This document shows positions 49,798-52,270 of a stretch of DNA of 52,270 nt, piece after piece; the first letter of the stretch is position 1; each line of letters opens with the position of its first letter. This DNA comes from a virus (Duplodnaviria; Caudoviricetes), in the IMG/VR virus record IMGVR_UViG_3300027246_000005, positions 1-52,270 of that record; one strand, given 5' to 3'. Made by a program: the position numbers and the translations under genes. The notes beneath the pieces are model-generated. The model was not told where the DNA came from, did not search any database, and worked only from the letters and a program-made list of their open reading frames with translations.

Positions 49798-51798
49798 AAT
49801 CGCATCTTTTTCGTGATTGACGGTATAAAAGAACTCTGTTGAAGGAGTTATTGTCTTATCAATGATTGAATCTGCCAATAAGTCTTCTACAAAATGCTGG
49901 ATAGCTCGTTTAATTGGTCTTGCTCCGTATGCAATATCATAACCTTCTTTAACCAAGAATAATTTAGCTGATTTTGTAAATTTAATAGTCATTCCCTGAT
50001 CTAATAATCTTTCAGCAACTTCTGCTAATTCAAGTTCTACAATCTTAAGAATAGATTCTTCAGATAATTGCTCAAATAAAATCATATCATCTAATCTATT
50101 TAAGAATTCTGGTGGGAACTTGTTCTTTAATTCTTTCCTGATCACCGATTCCATTTTAGCCTTTTGACTAGATATTGAGCCGTCTGTAAAACCAATACCT
50201 ACTCCAAATTCAGCAAATTTACGGGCACCAATATTAGAAGTCATAATGATAATTGTATTTGTAAAATCAATTGTTCTACCTAAAGAATCAGTTAACCTAC
50301 CATCATCTAAAACCTGCAATAGGGTATTAAAAATATCTGGATGCGCTTTTTCAATCTCATCAAATAATACTACTGAATATGGTTTTCTACGAACTTGCTC
50401 GGTTAATTGACCGCCTTCTTCGTATCCAACATATCCCGGAGGAGCTCCAACTAGGCGAGAAACTGTAAATTTCTCAGAGTATTCGCTCATATCAATTCTA
50501 ATCAAATTATCTTCTGAACCAAAATAATATTCGGTAAGTGCTTTTACTGTTTCAGTTTTACCAACTCCAGTTGGACCAATAAACATAAATGAACCGATTG
50601 GTTTCTTAGCTGAAGATACTCCAGTTCTAGAACGCTTAATAACTCTACATAAAGAATCTACCGCTCCACTCTGACCAATTATAATTTTATTTAATTCTTT
50701 ATTCATTCCTACAATCATCTTACTCTCATCTCCACTTAGACGAGTTACCGGAATTCCAGTAATTTCAGCAATTGTCCCGGCAACATCTTGATCAGTAACA
50801 CGTCTACGTTTATCTCGTAAACTCTTTTCCCAATCTTTTAATTTAGCCTCGATTTCTTTTCTTTTACCAAGTTCAGCATCTCTAAAATTTGCAGCTGCTT
50901 CATAATCTTGTTTACTAACAGCTTCGTGTTTTTGTTTTCCAAATTCATCAGCTTCATCTTCCATCTTTTTAACATAAGGAGGAACGTTAATTTCTAGCAA
51001 ATGTATTTTAGAACCAACTTCGTCCATTATATCAATAGCCTTGTCTGGTAATTCTCGTTGTGTGATATATCTTTCAGATAACTTTACGCAAGCTTCAATA
51101 GCTTCAGGTGTATAAGTTACCGAATGGTGATCTTCGTATTTCTCTTTAATCTTGTTTAAGATTTCAATTGCTTCGTCTATTGAAGGTGGATCAATGAAAA
51201 CTTCTTGAAAACGACGAGTTAGAGCTCCATCCTCTTCAATATGTTCTCTGTATTCGTCGGTTGTTGTAGCGCCAATACAATGAACTTGTCCTCGTGCAAG
51301 AGCAGGTTTTAGAATATTAGAAGCATCTAAAGATCCAGAAGAACCTCCAGCGCCGATCAAAGTATGAATCTCATCAATGAATACAATAACGTCCTGATTT
51401 GACTTAAGTTCTTCAACAATCATTTTCATTCTCTCTTCAAACTCTCCACGATATTTGGTACCGGCTACAATTGTGGTTAGGTTAAGAGAGATAATTTTCT
51501 TATTTAATAGGGTACGCGCAACTTTCTTTTCGACTATGCGCTGAGCAATTGCTTCAACGATTGCAGTTTTACCAACTCCTGGATCTCCTAGGATAATTGG
51601 ATTATTTTTCTTTCGACGAGAAAGAATTTGGCAAACTCGATGAACTTCTTTTTCTCTACCAATAATTGGATCTAATTTACCTTCAGCTGCTAACTGTGTT
51701 AAATCTTCTCCAAATTGATCTAGGAATGGAGTTCTACCTTTTCCACCTTTTTTGGGACTAGTCCCTGTACTATTTATATCTTCTATATTATCCATCAT
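49780..51798 (-). CDS. clpC: ClpC-type AAA+ unfoldase lacking the N-terminal domain
   Basis: Two AAA modules ([14 protein letters not shown] and [15 protein letters not shown]), UVR-type M-domain [15 protein letters not shown], ClpP-docking GIGF loop; AAA-1 begins about 25 residues from the start. Confidence 0.93.
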   Translation of the reverse strand: MMDNIEDINSTGTSPKKGGKGRTPFLDQFGEDLTQLAAEGKLDPIIGREKEVHRVCQILSRRKKNNPIILGDPGVGKTAIVEAIAQRIVEKKVARTLLNKKIISLNLTTIVAGTKYRGEFEERMKMIVEELKSNQDVIVFIDEIHTLIGAGGSSGSLDASNILKPALARGQVHCIGATTTDEYREHIEEDGALTRRFQEVFIDPPSIDEAIEILNKIKEKYEDHHSVTYTPEAIEACVKLSERYITQRELPDKAIDIMDEVGSKIHLLEINVPPYVKKMEDEADEFGKQKHEAVSKQDYEAAANFRDAELGKRKEIEAKLKDWEKSLRDKRRRVTDQDVAGTIAEITGIPVTRLSGDESKMIVGMNKELNKIIIGQSGAVDSLCRVIKRSRTGVSSAKKPIGSFMFIGPTGVGKTETVKALTEYYFGSEDNLIRIDMSEYSEKFTVSRLVGAPPGYVGYEEGGQLTEQVRRKPYSVVLFDEIEKAHPDIFNTLLQVLDDGRLTDSLGRTIDFTNTIIIMTSNIGARKFAEFGVGIGFTDGSISSQKAKMESVIRKELKNKFPPEFLNRLDDMILFEQLSEESILKIVELELAEVAERLLDQGMTIKFTKSAKLFLVKEGYDIAYGARPIKRAIQHFVEDLLADSIIDKTITPSTEFFYTVNHEKDAIKLSLK

Positions 51799-51828
51799 GT
51801 CTATTGTATTATTACTATATTTATTTAA

Positions 51829-52270
51829 TTAAAAATTCGTATTCGAATCAGGACGATATTTTGCATTGTGCTCGATAATCTTCTGTACTGCCTCTTCTCC
51901 AGTGTCGACGATTCTGAATAGTTCAAAATCATCATTAGACATTTTACCATTAATAAACACGGTATCTATTAACCATTTATATAGACCGCTCCAGTAATCT
52001 TTTCCTACTAATATAATAGGAAACTTAGGAGAGTGTCCAGTTTGAGCAAGTGTAAGAGCTTCAAATAACTCATCAAGTGTTCCTAGACCTCCAGGAAAAA
52101 CGATAAATCCTTGTGAGTATTTTATAAGTGAAACTTTTCGGGTAAAGAAGTATCTACATGTTATACCCTTATTGACATAGGGATTCATGCTTGCCTCAAA
52201 TGGTAATTCAATTCCTAATCCGATCGATAAACCCTCTTTAGCTCCTTCGTTTACGGCTTCCATAACTCCT
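51829..52270 (-). CDS. LOG-family (Rossmann-like) nucleotide phosphoribohydrolase (5' end outside the window)
   Basis: MEAVNEGA, YFFTRK, PGGLGTLDELFE signature. Confidence 0.88.
   Translation of the reverse strand, partial: GVMEAVNEGAKEGLSIGLGIELPFEASMNPYVNKGITCRYFFTRKVSLIKYSQGFIVFPGGLGTLDELFEALTLAQTGHSPKFPIILVGKDYWSGLYKWLIDTVFINGKMSNDDFELFRIVDTGEEAVQKIIEHNAKYRPDSNTNF

Overview
A 52 kb, AT-rich, gene-dense segment of a large myovirus-type (T4-like or jumbo) phage genome. Essentially all real genes lie on the minus strand and use the standard genetic code. The host is most likely Bacteroidota/Flavobacteriia, based on Bacteroidota-type bS21 and ClpP, A-rich leaders with no Shine-Dalgarno sequence, and a TAnnTTTG-like promoter. 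Layout: 1-16 kb baseplate/neck module containing an amidoligase and a ribosomal S1-like gene; 16-30 kb small accessory genes plus dCMP deaminase, UvsE, RNase HII, PhoH, bS21, DnaJ and a 3'-5' exonuclease; 30-46.6 kb fibre proteins (a collagen-like fibre with an S74 chaperone domain, two SVDSLE-repeat fibres, a Hint-domain protein) interleaved with glycosyltransferases, 2OG-Fe(II) oxygenases and a methyltransferase-like gene; 47.9-52 kb clpP, a TS-fold enzyme, clpC and LOG. Most notable candidates: (1) a phage ClpCP protease whose ClpC lacks the N-domain, accompanied by four small proteins sharing a C-terminal UVR-like (Y/W)FxxxEEYE(K/T)C motif, which may be plug-in adaptors; (2) the TS-fold gene has the dCMP-specific Asp and resembles T4 gp42, suggesting modified cytosine; (3) three proteins with T4 capsid-targeting-like N-termini; (4) three candidate promoter classes readable from the intergenic DNA. 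All family assignments come from motif recognition by eye; no database search was run.
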